DNA of 64,000 nt from Kondoa subrosea (GCA_039545335.1 BCIN01000003.1:2365060-2429059); one strand, 5' to 3'; shown: positions 38,598 through 54,531, counted from the stretch's first letter. Numbers and translations are program-made. Notes: a model not told the origin generated them from the sequence alone.

Positions 38598-39521
38598 CAA
38601 TCCCTTCGACAAACTTGGACAATGCTCGTCTTTCGCAAACAGTGATTGTCTCTTTGAATGCTCGCCAATCGATGCTCGTTTGACCCTATTCGCCTTCCAT
38701 TCGGTTTCCTGTATCACAGATCTCGCTGATCTCGCTGAACTCACCTTCAAACACTCCGGACTTTGGCAAAACTTCGTATTACTTTATAACACCTTCCTTG
38801 CGTCACGATCTGTCTCAGTGCTTCGTATATTTATATGATTTTGGTTGCGATTGTATCATGCTTCTACGTGTTGGTATTATTCTGCATAGTCAGATGCCTG
38901 TACAATGCGCAAATCGCAAATTGCTGACAGTATGCGGATTCTGGTTTGCCTGTCAGCTATCTTCATTGCATGTACTGTTCCTTTCACTCTCTGCTTCTTC
39001 GGGTTCCGAACCAACTAGCCTCCCCTGAACTCATTATTGGCATAATGTTCTCGCCAAGGTCTTCCCTTTCTTATCTTCAGATACTCCTTCTGGTCTGCTG
39101 TCAGTACATTTCCCACGAGTGCTCCCCTCTCTGTCGTTTCAACAACTGTAACACGACATAATGAATGTTTTCTGATTATAAACAGCCTGAGACGCTTTCA
39201 AAGTGCGACTTCTGAAAATATCATTGTAGCGACAAGGAAAGCACGTTCGCGTCTTCAGGCAAGTGTAGAGACTATATATTCCCTGTAGGACTGCCTAGCT
39301 TCGAGCGACTTCGGCACAGACTTCGGCGAAACTCACGCCACATCTCTCAGTGATCTCAGGCTCTTGGTGCTTCTTTCCCAAACCATTATCGCCAAGTCCA
39401 AACTTTGGCTCCTACTTCTCCTCTTTCTCATTAATTCAACACACTCACACGGCCGTCGCCAGCTTTTCAATAATCAGCAGACCGTTTGCTTGTTTTTCTT
39501 TTCGCACATACCTCTTTAAAA

Positions 39522-41463
39522 ATGGTCGCCATCAAATCCCTTTCAGCCGTTCTGGCCGTCGCAGGTCCAGCTCTAGTAGCTGCTCATGCAGGCTGCGAGT
39601 CCTACGTTCACGGCCAAGATTTATTCAAGAGAGATGAGCAAGAAATGGAATACACGCGTAAACTCAAAGCTCGGTTCCCTCAAGTCGATGCTCGCGTAGA
39701 ACATGGTCTAGCTAAAAGACAATCACCCCAATCTGCTCCTGCTACAAGTCCTGTAAAAGCTACAGGAACTATTACAAACATCAATGTTGGTTTTTTCCTG
39801 CTTCGGCATACTGTTATATTTTTGGGTGTGATGCTCAATTTCTGTTTTCTTTTCCTATATTAGAGTGCGGCAGTGGGCCTATTATCTAGCGGCACCGGTA
39901 CAGCGGAAGCTACAGTGCCTCTACCCACCACTTATAGCTCTGGCACCAAGTCCCCTATTTCTGGCGCTCCTAATCTACCAAAAGGTAATGCCTTTGCTTT
40001 GCGTTTCAGCAACTCAAACTAATTGTGAACAATATAGTCGTTATCAACCCAGCAAACTATCCAACTCTTGATCGCCCACCACCAACAGATTCACCAGAAG
40101 TTCAATCTTGGTTGTCACAACTTGATCTTTCGGATGTACCTCAAATCAGCCCAACTCAACCTGGATTTTGCTCAAACGCTTCAAACGCTCAAGCTGTTGC
40201 TGAAGCTTCTCAAAGATGTTGGTGGACTTGCGGTGGATGCACGAGAGCGACGGATATCACTTACTGCCCTACTGTAAACACTTGGGGTGTTTCTTATGAT
40301 GGTTCGTCTAGGCTCTATACTTGTTCGTTCAAGAACTCATCTAAAGTCGGAGAATAGATGGTCCAGCTCCCGGTACACCTAAACTTCTCGATTATATGGT
40401 TGATGCCGGAATCAAATCTACTTTCTTCCTCGTTGGTTCAAGAGTCATCTCTAGACCGGATATGGTCCAGTATGAGTACATGGCCGGCAACCAGCTTGCT
40501 GTGCACACTTGGTCTCACTGGCCTTTGACAAGTCAGCATTCATTTTTTCCATTTGCTTGATCAAAGTTGAAGGTCAACTTTTTTTTAACAGCACAAACCA
40601 ATGAAGAGATTGTAGCTGAACTTGGTTGGTCAAAGAAGGCGATCTATGATGTTACCGGTGTCACCCCAGCTTACATGAGACCGTGCGTATTTTCGCCGAT
40701 GTTTGCTGATTCTCAGCTCAATACATTGTCCCATGCACAGTCCTTATGGAGACATCGACGACCGTGTTCGTGCTATCTCGCTCAAGATGGGTTTGACTCC
40801 TGTCATCTGGACTGCCCATAACGGCCAAACTTTCGATACCAGAGGTGCGTCTTGGTTACTTCTTCTGTTTCAGCTAATGCTAACCCACCTGCACAGATTG
40901 GCAAATCGCGGGTGGTGTCGTCAATGCAACTGGTGTCGCAGCAACTTTTGCTGGCATTCTTTCTGGCGCACCTTCGATGTCTACTGGATTCATTGTCCTT
41001 GCTCACGATCTGTACCAACAATCTGTCAACCTGGCAGTCGACTACGTCTTACCTTTGGCTCTTTCTTCTGGTCGTCTTACTTTGGAACCTATCGTCAACT
41101 GCTTAGGTTATGCCATGTCTGAAGCATACATTGAAACCAAGACAAACTCGACCTCTGCTGCTTTAACCACGCTTGTTGGCGCTAGCGGCATAGGCTTCCC
41201 TCAAGGTCAATCAACAGTCGTATCTGCTGTAGGCGGCGGAGCAACGGGTTAGTGAAAATCTCTTCAATATTAGCTTACTTGACCGCTCATGTCTGTCCTT
41301 GCGTGCTACAGGACCAGTCAGGAACTCTTCCATCGCAGTTCCAGCAGCTACTGGAGGATCCAACGCTGCCAAAGCTAAAACTACCTCTGCTGGTTATCAA
41401 ATTGCCGTTTCTGCCGGTCTACCTTTGGCTGGAATGGCTTTTGCTCTCGCTCTATTGGCGTAA
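39522..41463 (+). CDS. Chitin deacetylase (CE4/NodB), secreted and probably GPI-anchored
   Basis: Signal peptide MVAIKSLSAVLAVAG; CWWTCGGCTRATDITYCP, SYDDGP, TFFLVGSRV, HTWSH, MRPPYGDIDDRVRAI, IVLAHD; hydrophobic C-terminus. Confidence 0.94.
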
Positions 41464-41868
41464 AGACCTGTTGGAAGGAAGTAGCAAGATGGTACGAAGA
41501 CGAAGATATTTCTCAAGCTGGTTCAATGAAAAGGGCAGGAACCTGATTTGATTTTACGCGCAAGAGTTTGATGAGCATGGACACGAAAGTTACCGGGCAT
41601 GGACATTCTTCCAATCGGCATGGACAGTATAACACTGAATAGATACCTCTTTCGCAACAAAAACATGCTCTATTTTGTACTGCTTTCGTTTTTCTTCTCA
41701 TAGCAGGATTACATACATCAGTAGTAGTACTATAATTTAATGTCAATACTTCATCGTTTGAGATTTCTACGCGTCTGTTGCAACTTGCGATTCGAAGTAG
41801 TCAATCTATAAGTTATAACCAAACACTCCCAATTGCTTCCATCAACGTCCACTTGAAAGACTGTCGAA

Positions 41869-43299
41869 ATGCTCTACGTAGATGCGCATCGACCGTCTGA
41901 TCTAGACAAACTACACTATCACCATGATCTGTCCAAACGAATTCGTGCATTAGCTGGAACTGGGCAAGATTTCCCACATTTGCTAGTCTATGGACCTTCT
42001 GGAGCTGGCAAGAAGACAAGGATCATGTGTACGCTCAAGGAACTGTACGGTAAAGGTGTAGAGAAAGTGAGTCTGGGCGACGATTGCTTCGCATGAGTTC
42101 ATTTGATGAATCTTGGGACAGCTACGTATTGATCAACGCGTCTTCCTTACACCTTCTAAGCGTAAACTGGACGTCAATGTTGTGCAAAGTAATTATCACA
42201 TTGAATTGACACCAAGGTTTGTCGGATTCTTATTCATGCTGAGATTTGACCATTCTCTAACACAAATGGACACAGTGATGTCGGAAATTGGGATCGTCAT
42301 GTTGTGCAGGATATCCTCAAGGAGATTGCTCAAACGCAACAAGTTGATCTCAGTGCTCAAAAGCGCTTCAAGGGTATGTATTGCATTGAAGCAAGCAAGC
42401 TCAACAATAGCTGACGGCTTTTCAATAGTGGTAGTCATCAACGAAGCAGATCTATTGACAAGAGACGCGCAATCGGCTCTTCGTCGTACTATGGAAAGTA
42501 AGTACTTTCCAGCAACAAGTGACAGGCAAGTACCGTCGCTAATGTGGATTGACCAGAGTACACTGGAAACTTGCGAATTATCTTGTGTGCAAATTCTACG
42601 AGCCGCATTATTGGACCTATTCGAAGTCGTTGTCTTCTGCTGCGGGTTGGCGCTCCTTCGCAAGAAGAGGTTAGGGTTGTTGTGCACTATTTTGTAGCAT
42701 TATCACTTACCACGGCTGTCACCAGATGTGCACAGTCATTCAATACGTCGCTAAGAAGGAATCACTCACGGTACCGGCCCATGTCGCATCTATGTTAGCA
42801 AGAATTTCCAATGGCAATCTGCGGCGTGCCCTTCTATCTCTTGAAGCATTGCACACGCAAGATCCAGGTTTCACTTCCATCTCTCCTTCAACGAAAGAAG
42901 GCCTAGACACGATCCCTCGACCAGATTGGGAAAAGTACTGCGGTAAAGTGAGCGAAAAGATTTTGGCAGAACAATCGCCGGAACGCCTCTTGGAAGTCAG
43001 AGGCTGTCTTTACGAATTATTGGTGCACTGTATTCCGCCAACTTTGATTCTATCGGTACGTTGTTTCTTCCGTCTGTGATCAGAGCAAATGCTGACTTTC
43101 AAACGTAAATTAGACAATCACCAAAAGATTGGTGGATCGGGTTGACGAGCAACTGAAACCTCAGATTGTCAGGGCGGCAGCTATCTATGAACACCGCTTG
43201 AAGATTGGTAACAAAGCGATTTTCCATCTCGAAGCGTATGTAGCACAAGTGATGTCTCTGCAGAAACAATTCAGTATGGGATTCTTAGATGGCATGTAA
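41869..43299 (+). CDS. RFC5: Replication factor C small subunit (yeast Rfc5 / human RFC3)
   Basis: DFPHLLVYGPSGAGKKTRI, SNYHIELTPSDVG, VVINEADLLTRDAQSALRRTME, PIRSRC, GNLRRALL, RPDWE, YEHRLKIGNKAIFHLEAY. Confidence 0.97.
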
Positions 43300-43390
43300 T
43301 TCAACGAGGCAGGCTTCTAATGTACAATTAATCATGCAAACGCTAAAATCGGGTTCCGGAATCGTCTTTCAAACACAAACTTCTATATAG

Positions 43391-43662
43391 ATGTAACGCA
43401 ATGATAGACTAAATCAAGCAGAAAGTGGTAGACGACGCAGCCTTCTGGCCAGCTCTTACTTTTCCTCGTCGAATGGAGGAGACTTTGAAGATTCGCAATG
43501 TGCTGGATCAGATGTTCCTGCAACTGAGGCACGTGGTTCGAGAAGCCTGCAATGCCATAGGTTGCGATTCGTAGATTGTACTCCTGCATCAATCAATTCT
43601 CTGGCTCTTAGTCCATCTCATGATGCTCGTCCAAGTTTTCCTTGGCCGACGTTAGGCAGGAG
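43391..43662 (+). pseudogene. Decayed duplicate of the first ~90 codons of UTP4 (direct repeat of ~44515-44791)
   Basis: RNDRLNQAESGRRRSLLASSYFSSSNG...LQCHRLRFVDCTPASINSLALSP versus UTP4 RKDRLEKARTGRRRSVLASPYLSSSNG...LQCHRVRFVDYTPASITSLALSP; begins ATG TAA. Confidence 0.92.
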
Positions 43663-44227
43663 ACCTTTCAGAAGGCTTTGAAAGGAGGATTTGCTGATTC
43701 GCCTCCAACAAACTCAAAGCAAAATCAATGACTTCTACACCATAGGGATCAGAATGGCTAGTAAAGTAAGATATCCGAAAGAAACGCACCAATCGCATAT
43801 TCCAGCCATTGTGAAGTGACTGAAGTAGCGCCAAATGAGTTGAGTCATCTCGTCAAGAAGTAAGCAACGAACTCTGCAGTATTTCAAGCCGAGCTTGCCA
43901 ATCGGATGCCCCTCGTTGTTGATAAAGCCTAACAAAGGCTGTCGCCAAACGCTCCAGTTGCGTGTTTCTCAAATGCTCTTTCGCTGCCCGCAACCATTGT
44001 TCATTGCTTTTCACCCAATCTCCATCCTGTTGAACCCAATCCAAATCCGTTGCCTCATTGAGTATAAGATTGATTGTCCCCTGAATTTCCGAGTCGAGAT
44101 GCGATTTGACGGTTATAGGACTGCCACCAGGCATTTGATAAGGCAGGAAGAGGAATCCGGAGTGTTTGTATAACAGAATTGCACCAGATGAGTCCCTTGA
44201 CAAAGTATGCTTTGGTTTCTGTGGCAT
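43652..44227 (-). CDS. Hypothetical 155-aa protein, two introns
   Basis: MPQKPKHTLSRDSSG...; introns 43872-43820 (GTTCGT..CAG) and 43789-43735 (GTGCGT..TAG) restore one frame to TAA at 43652. Confidence 0.65.
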
Positions 44228-44509
44228 TGACTTTGACACCCATGGTAGAAGTACTTGTAATCGATGCGCTATGTGGTAGTGATAGTGAAGCAGGAAGAGT
44301 TTGACGCGATTACAATCGCAAACGAGAAGCAAAGCAATATTTTGTTCGAAGACATAGCCAAGCTATCGCTCTCTTGCAATCTCGCACGACATGATCAGTG
44401 CGCAACGGTGTATCTCACACAGAAGCACTCGCAGCCTTGGGTATTCAAAGGTCGCTGATCGCGCATAACATCGAGTTTGGGTTTTGTCCTTCTTTTATTT
44501 CAAACAGTG

Positions 44510-47500
44510 ATGCAAGCGCAACGCAAGGATAGGCTAGAGAAAGCAAGAACTGGTAGACGACGAAGCGTTCTGGCCAGCCCTTACTTGTCCTCGTCGAATG
44601 GAGAAGAGTATGAAGATTTGCAATTTGATGGACCAGATGTTGCTGCAACTGAGGCACCCGATTTGAGAAGTCTGCAATGTCATAGAGTGCGATTTGTGGA
44701 TTATACACCTGCATCAATCACCTCTCTGGCTCTAAGTCCAGCTTCTTATGAATCTCGTTTAAGTTTTCCTTGGGCAACATCAAGCAGAGAAATAGTAGCC
44801 GTCGGTAGAGGAAATGGTGATATTCAGATTATGGCTTGGATTGGAGGAGGAATTGCTTCAACCAATAAGCAGAAAACAGGCAACAAGAACTCGACGCCGG
44901 GAAACAAGCAAACTTGGGTTACAGTACATGTTCTACCCAGTCCTCTACCTTCTTCCGCTCCCGTTGAACATCTTACTTGGGTTCATCGAGCTGATCTGAC
45001 ATCTGACGAATTGGAACTATTTGATACCGAAGAGGAACAAGTGAGGGAAGTAAGAAAACTTTGCAATTCTCCGCCTAGGCTCTTTTCTGCTTCTGGAGGT
45101 TCAGAAATCTATGAATGGTCATGGAGTAGCATTGGCAATTCGACTCAGGATTCAGCAAGTCGCTTAGGCGCAATCAAAAATCGTCTAGCTTTACCTGGAG
45201 GTGCAATTTGCTCTTTGGCTGCCAATCCTGCAGGCACTCGCTTAGCTGCCGCCGTTGAAGATGGAGCAATTCATTTGATTGATGTTACCGACAACGAATT
45301 TGTCCTCATTCGCACATTCGAAAAAGCTACCGGAAGTAAAGCCCTCAGCATCTGTTGGGAACCATCTCTTGCCAGCGACAGTCAGTACCTTATCACTGGC
45401 TGTACCGATTCTTCCATTCGCAAATGGGACGTAAAAAGCGGAAGATGTGTTTCAAAAATGACTTTGGATAAAATGCAAGGGAAACCAGTTCTTGTCTGGA
45501 CAACTGTGGTACTTGCGTAATTATGGTTCGACTGTTAGATAATTGCGTATACTGATATCTCAACAGAGATCATTCTATCGTTTCTGGCGATTCTGCCGGA
45601 CGCGTCATTTTCTGGGATGGTGCAATAGGAACCCAGATCGCTTCCATCGCCGCTCATAAGTCAGATGTACTATGTCTCAGTATCTCGAATGTACGTCCGA
45701 CTGTAAACCTAGTTTCTTTCAACTCAAATTGGTTGATCCAGGACGGTCGAGCTATCTATTCCTCTGGATCTGATCAGCGCACATGTCAATTCACACAAAC
45801 AATCGCAAAAGATCCATCAACATCGCGCAACAGCCAAACCTGGCATCTAACGAATTCTCGTCGCGTGCATCAGCACGATGTTCGTGCTTTGGCCTGTTCT
45901 CCAGCTTACTGCCCTTCCAACACATCCAAAGAACTGCCTTTACTGCTGTCGGGAGGTCTGGATATGGACCTTATCATTACTCCCTGCTCTGGAGCCTCGG
46001 AAAACCCAGAATTGCGTGGTGTCATCTCGAACTCTAAGAATCAATCTTTCGCTCAAGGCAACATTTTGTCTATTTCTTACATACCCCAACATTCTCCTGC
46101 TTTGTCTTTCTCTCGGACAAAGAGATTAATTCTCTTACAGCGACATAATGGATTCGCCATTTGGAAACTAGCTCATGGAAAGAAAGGCACATCTGCAGGC
46201 TGGACCAAATTGGCCGAAGTTGCGCTGAAAGGCAAAACCAATACGACTGTCAGTGCAATCAGTGGAGATGGTCAATGGATCGTCGTTGGAGATTTATGGC
46301 GTACCGGTATCTGGCGTCTGATCGAAGTGAATTCTATAACAGTTGCGCATTTGATGATTACTGATGTAGTATATGCAGACCAAGCAAGGTCATAAGCTCG
46401 TGCGACACAAGAGCTTCGACGCGCTTCTTCCCACTCTATCTGCAGCCCAATATCCAGCAATGACTTCTGTCGCCTTTTCATCCGATTCTTCCACTTTGGC
46501 ATTCGCTCTCGATAATGCCAAACCTTCATCGCCGGCGCAGATTATTATTATCTCACTAACGCCAGAGTCTTGTTCGCTTCTGCATTCAGCTAGTATTGAC
46601 GAAAGCGCTGCAATATCTGGAAATCGGATCTTGGCTGGTGCTACCAAAGTCAACGGTCAGAGAAATGGACACGGCACTCCGAATGGTTCAAGTAACGGGA
46701 AAAGTAACGGCACTCCAGCAGATCTTGGAAGAGCAGCACTAGATTCGACACCGGAAGCCGAAGAAACCAGTACTGACTCAGACACCAATGCGGATGTCGA
46801 GGAAGTGGTATCTGCAACTAGTTGTGTCACATCTATAGTGAAGATGTCGATGAGTGCAGACGGGAAATGGCTCGCTTTCGGTGACCGGAACCAAAGTTTG
46901 CATGTTTATGATTTGTCAAAGAAAAAGGTAGATTCTCATCACATGCGATTTGCAACAAAGAACTAATCTATCGTTATCAGTACCACTGCTCTCTCCCATC
47001 GACCGAGTATCCATTAGCGGCGCTTTCCTTCCTCCCAAATAATTCGGATGTTCTGGTCGTTGGTCTTCTGAACAACGTTCTACACATCTATGACGTACAG
47101 AAACGCAATTTCGCTGAATGGGCAAGCAAAGTGAACCATGAGCCGCCTGCCGCATTGATGGATATCAGAGATCAAATGATAGGCATGGCTTTTGAACCCT
47201 TACCAACCCGAAAGCAAGTCTCAAGCGATGAGGATGAGGAGGAATCAGCTTCCGAAGAAGATCCCGCACAAGAAGGACCGCTGAGTATGATTGTATGGTC
47301 AGCAAATTCGATAACCTCTTTCCGCGTTCCAAGCAAAACTGCTCAAGTCAATGGTCGAGAAGTCAGTATCAAGCCGAAAGGCAAGCGAGCTCTAGATGGC
47401 GCAGTAATCAGCAAGAAGACCAAGATAGAACCTGCGGGATTGACCGTGTTGAGGCAAACAACAAAATACAAGTCCATTCTAGGATTGGATTTCTTGCAGC

Positions 47501-47592
47501 ATGGGGAATTATGTATTGTGGAGAGGCCGTTCTCAGATCTGTATTCTTCATTACCGCCAGCATTCTACACGCAAAGGTATGGTAGGGGTTAA
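44510..47592 (+). CDS. UTP4: SSU processome WD40 protein Utp4/cirhin
   Basis: CHRVRFVDYTPASITSLA, AVGRGNGDI, TGCTDSSIRKWD, IVSGDSAGRVIFWD, RRVHQHDVRAL, LSGGLDM, ELCIVERPF..LPPAF...YG. Confidence 0.95.
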
Positions 47593-47858
47593 GAAGAGAT
47601 TGAATATACATATGCATTGTCAAATTATAATAATTCCGTTATTCGATGAATGTGCGCGAGGCGGATCGCACTATCTCAGGACATCTGCTACACTGCTTGA
47701 CGTTTGTTATTGATCTTTGCTGTGCAAGGTGGTCACGTGCCTTACCCTAGGACGGCTTACTCGGGATTTTTACCGACGTCTGGCAGCTCATTTCCTCGCC
47801 ATCTTTTTCGTCAGCCCTCCTCTTCCTCAACAATCGACGTCGACCGACCTCAACCAAA

Positions 47859-48747
<889 letters not shown>

Positions 48748-48955
48748 TTGTTGATGGCTTGTTGGGCAGTATCTCTTCGTCTTTGTACTACTTTCATTAA
48801 GAATGTCTCTTTTTCGTGTAACGCTTTAGCTTGCTCTTTGCAATGATTTTCGTATATCTGCATTTTGCTATTCTGCTTGCCTGCTACATGTGTTGCCGTG
48901 TCAAAGTGTCAAATTCCCAGCGCCAAAGAGCAGTAGGCTACTTCCATATGCAATG

Positions 48956-49775
<820 letters not shown>

Positions 49776-49939
49776 AATGGCTGTCTAATTGCAAAGATGA
49801 TAAAGATTCTTTTCTTTGTTATTGGCGATAAGCGACGCGGCACAGCGTATTTGGCTACTCTTCAACTTGTGCGACCACTTCAGACACGAGCTGCCTGCCT
49901 TTGGTCCTTCCGGCTAATCAATAGACTTATCGAATCAAA

Positions 49940-51633
49940 ATGTTGTCTCGTTCCTGCTGCTGCAGCAACATTGCTCTCAAGCATCGATCGCTCCATTCGT
50001 CTGCTAGATATCTCAAGACACACATGCCTGTTCTAAAGATCGATACCATCAATCAGGCTATCGTCACAGCCGAATATGCAGTTCGAGGTGAATTGGCCAT
50101 CAAAGCCGAATCCCTACGAGAAGAGTTGAAGAAGGATCCAAAAGCCAAAGATCGTCTAGGCTTCGATCAAGTCATCTCTGCAAATATTGGGAACCCACAA
50201 CAGCTTGGACAGAAAGGCTTGACTTATCTGCGGCAGGTGAATTAATCTGGGGCTCTACTTTCATATGACTCGATTTCTTAAATATCTTGCAGGTCATTGC
50301 ATTAGCAGAGTACCCCGATCTACTAGAAAACGAGAATACATCGAAACTATTTCCCGCCGATGCGATCAAGAGGGCAAAGGCAATCATAGAGGAGATTGGC
50401 AGCACGGGTGCATATTCGCATTCCAAAGGGATACCTTCCATCCGACAGCATGTTGCGGAATTTATAGAGGGTCAGTCGTGATCATCTATACAACAACTTA
50501 GCCTTATGTATTTCTGAAACAGCCCGAGATGGCTACAAAGCGGATCCAGAACGTATCTACCTCACAGCAGGTGCTTCTCAAGGTGTCTCCAATATCATGC
50601 AAGTTATTGTCTCGTCGCCTAAAACCGGCGTCTTAATTCCTATTCCTCAATATCCTCTTTACACTGCAACCCTTGCTCTTCTATCAGCTCAAGCATGTCC
50701 CTATTACCTCAAAGAGAAAGAAGGATGGGCTTCTTCTATAGAAGAGGTCAAAAAATCGCTTCATGCTGCTCGAGAACAAGGGACAGATGTTCGAGCTATA
50801 GTCGTCATCAACCCTGGTAATCCAACAGGAGCATGTTTGGATGTGGCACATATGCAAGAAATCATTAAATTGGCTAAAGAAGAATCTCTAGTCCTTCTGG
50901 CAGATGAAGTCTATCAAACAAACATCTTCCTTCCTGAAAGACCGTTCATCAGCTTCCGCAAAGTAATGTTCGACATGGGTCCACCTTATGCTGATTCTGT
51001 TGAACTCGTGTCTTTCCATTCAACGTCAAAAGGTCAGATAGGTGAATGTGGCAGAAGAGGTGGCTATTTCGAGATGATCAATTTCGACGAAAAGGTGGAA
51101 GACCAGATCTACAAATTAGCCAGTGCACAACTCTGTGCGCCTGTCAGCGGTCAGATTGGACTGGATATCATGGTTAAACCGCCACAAGAAGGGGAAGAGA
51201 GTCAAGAGCTTTATGCTCAAGAGCTCAAAGCTACACATGATGAACTGCGAAGGCGGAGTACAATACTGTTGGAAGCCTTCACCAAGCTTGAAGGAGTAGA
51301 ATGCACTGATGCTCAGGTATGTGTTCATTCGTTACGTTGAGTGTCATGTATAAATCGGTGCGTTGCATTTGTCAGGGCGCCATGTATCTCTTCCCTACCA
51401 TCAAGCTACCCGAAAAGGCTATTCAAAAGGCCAAAGAGCAAGATCGAGCCGCAGATGCATTCTATTGTCTTGAATTGCTGAGCAAGACTGGAATTTGTGT
51501 AGTACCTGGATCAGGCTTTGGACAAGCAGAAGGGACGCTGCACTTCCGTACTACTTTTCTGGCACCTCAAATAGAAGAGTACGCTGAACGCATAACCAAA
51601 TTCCATCAAGGCTTTATGGCAGAATACAAGTGA
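49940..51633 (+). CDS. ALT1: Alanine aminotransferase (PLP-dependent)
   Basis: EYAVRGELAIKAE, ANIGNPQQL, GAYSHSKG, IPIPQYPLYTA, VINPGNPTG, ADEVYQ, SFHSTSKGQIGECGRRGGY, GICVVPGSGFGQ..GTLHFRTTFL. Confidence 0.96.
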
Positions 51634-51932
51634 AAAGGGAAAGAAGGGAGAGACAGCGCGATAGAATCGAGAATCTTCTACTCTGCACGATTTTCTGGAA
51701 CTCTGGTCACTATACTGTTCATTGCGCATGCTATGTTCTCTAATTACGAGGAACCTCTGGCCTCACTATGACGGATTCATGAAACGCATTGTAATGTGTA
51801 TGATATCGCATAATCAAGCAGAATGTAATAGCAGCACCTCAATATGTCACGCATGTGTCTAGGGGTAAAAAGCATTATGTATTCTAAGATAATCTAACAC
51901 CCTATAACGATATGAACAGACCAGCTGTCTCA

Positions 51933-54295
51933 TTACAATGCCATAACCTCATCTGCGTTGTCGCGAAGTACATCTTCCAATTTCGCATGCTTGCGCGGTG
52001 CGATCTTCAGGCGCAACAGCGTACCAACATCGTCGACAGCTCGAATGAAGCGATCGAGATCTTCCTTTGTGTGAGCCGCACTGACACAGAAACGTGCTCG
52101 TCCAGAGATTAAAGGTGTCGCTAAACCCAGAAATGAGTCTTTGTTGTTAGGTTAGAAGAACACGAGAAGCTGACCTGGATAGGCAACCACAACGATGACG
52201 ATATTGTGTCTTTCCAACAGCAGACGAGAGAACAGAGGCAATTTACCTGAACACAGATCAGATTCGCTCGCAGAAAATTGGTGCATGTAGCGCTTACCAG
52301 GATTGAAGATAAGTAACGGGATGATTGGCGAATCACGATGACCATAAATGACGAAGCCCAACTTCCGCAAAGCATTCGATAGGTAGCGAGCGTTGAAAGC
52401 CAGTCTTCGCATGCGTTGAAGACCTTCTGAACCATCAATGAGTCGAGAGGGAAGAGTAGCGCTGAGTGATGGGATGATTGCAAGAGCTTCTGGACCCATA
52501 ATACTAGCCATACTAGCAATGATTTGCTGGACTACCGAAGGTGACATGGCTTCGGCGTAGACGGCGGCGTGATTCTTTTTGCGCAAAGAGGAAATCAATG
52601 CCTTTGAGCCGGCAACGTAACCGCCGGCTGCACCAAAGCTACAGCGATCTTGGATCAGCACAATATGAACATATTTTCGATGCTAGCACTTACGATTTAG
52701 TGAAAGTGCCCATGAGGATGTCAACGCTTTTCGGATCGATATCAAAGTAATCGCAAACACCGCGACCTCTTGCGCCAAGGGCTCCAATGGAATGTGCTTC
52801 GTCCACGTAGAGGTAGAACTGATTTCCCTTTTCAGAACAGGATAGAAGGGCATCGTGAAAAAGGCAAGACGCACCTTGTACTTCTTTTTCAAAGCGATAA
52901 TGCCAGGTAAATGCACCAACGTCCCTTCCATACTATACAGGCCTTCACAAACTAGAAGAATCTTCCTCCAGGGTCGATGTGTTCTGGGTTGACCTTGACT
53001 GATGCATTCCCTCAAGAGTGACTCCAAATCGGCTAGATCGTTATGCTTGAAAGAGCGAACCATAGCTCCGCTCAATCTTGCACCGAAGCGGATTGAAGAA
53101 TGATTGAGTTCGTCAGAGATAACCAAGCAGCCTTTGTTGACCAGAGCGGGTAAGGTAGTTGAATTGGTAGCAAAACCCATGGAGACGACCATGGCGTCTT
53201 CAGTACCCAGGAAGCGGGCTACAAGGCGTTCTGCTTGTCTGTGAAGATCCAGTGTACCGCTTTCTTGTCTTGCACCGCAAGATCCAATGCCATGCGTTTT
53301 GAGAACTTCAATGACTGAATCTGAAACGCCCCCTCTGGATTGAGCAAAACCAAGATAGTTGTATGATGACATGTTCAGAGCTTGAGTAGTCCGGCCAGTG
53401 AATTCGAAAGAATGACCAAAATCGTTGGTTACACGATCCAGGCAGTGTATAGTCCTTCCAGCTACACCAGTGACTGGTCTACTGAAAAGGTCTTCAATTC
53501 TAGTCTTTAGTCGACGCGTGTAGAAGGAATCGAAGTCTGAATTGAGAGCGGCATAACCCTGTCAAAGTATTAGTCACTCATTTTTTTGGTGTACGAATTC
53601 AAGCAACAAACGTCTTGCTCGGTCAAGGTTTTATAGTATTGCTTGTGAGTTCTCTTGCCTACGAAGTCTCTGACATGGCCAACCACGATCAAGATCAAGT
53701 AGGATATATAGGTTGCCAAATAGGTGTAGAGACTTGGATCCTCTTCAACAACATGTAGATTATCTTCCTCTGGTCCACGCCACTGAGAAGTATAGCGATA
53801 GTCTTCATTCTCGCAGAAACCAAACTCTGAATGTCGAAGTGAATGAGGGTCCGAAGGGAAAGGAACGAAAGAAGGGTCAACGTCGAATTTCCTCCAAGGA
53901 GTGATTGAAAGAGCATCTTTGGGAGGTGGTGCGACACTTCTGAGCGGTGTACTGGCAAGAGCAGAAGATGGGGCTGAAGATTCGCTTGAAGTCTCGGACC
54001 CTTCTCCTACTATATGTCGCGTTGAAAGCGAGTCTGAGCTGCTGTTCCTTGACAAGAATGGTCTTCTACTTGAAGAGCTACCAGAGTAAGAACTCAGAAG
54101 CTCGTCCTCTTCGCTGGATCGACTCTTTTCGTGGGAAGCTGCAACTGTTTGCACGAAAACGCTCTTTTGAGCTTCGGTCTCGACTAGGATGATGTATAGA
54201 CACGTACTAGCTGACAGATACGAGGCTGCAGTGCGAGGAGGATCGGGGAAACGGCTCGGACGCCCAATATTGCTTGAAAGCTTTGTTTTGCTCAT
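51933..54295 (-). CDS. LCB2: Serine palmitoyltransferase subunit 2
   Basis: [82 protein letters not shown]. Confidence 0.96.
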
Positions 54296-54531
54296 TTTGC
54301 AACGGCTGTGCTTATCGAGGCTGGTAAATCCCAAGTCGATGTTACTTGACAGACGTGTTGGATGGATTGGAGAGTGCTCAGATTCTGAAGCTAGAAAACC
54401 GGGTGATGACTGATATATGATAAAGTGAGAAAACATGAGAAGATCTGAATTCGAGGTGTCCGGCCGAGTGTGTCACTGCATCGCTCTCGCTCTCTCTATC
54501 ATTGGTTTCTATCGTACATCCCTCTGGCATT

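Noticed and set aside
38600..39500. Short ORFs and possible RNA gene in the NUP84-chitin deacetylase gap
   Set aside because: No recognisable motif, tRNA arms or snoRNA boxes; consistent with a divergent promoter region
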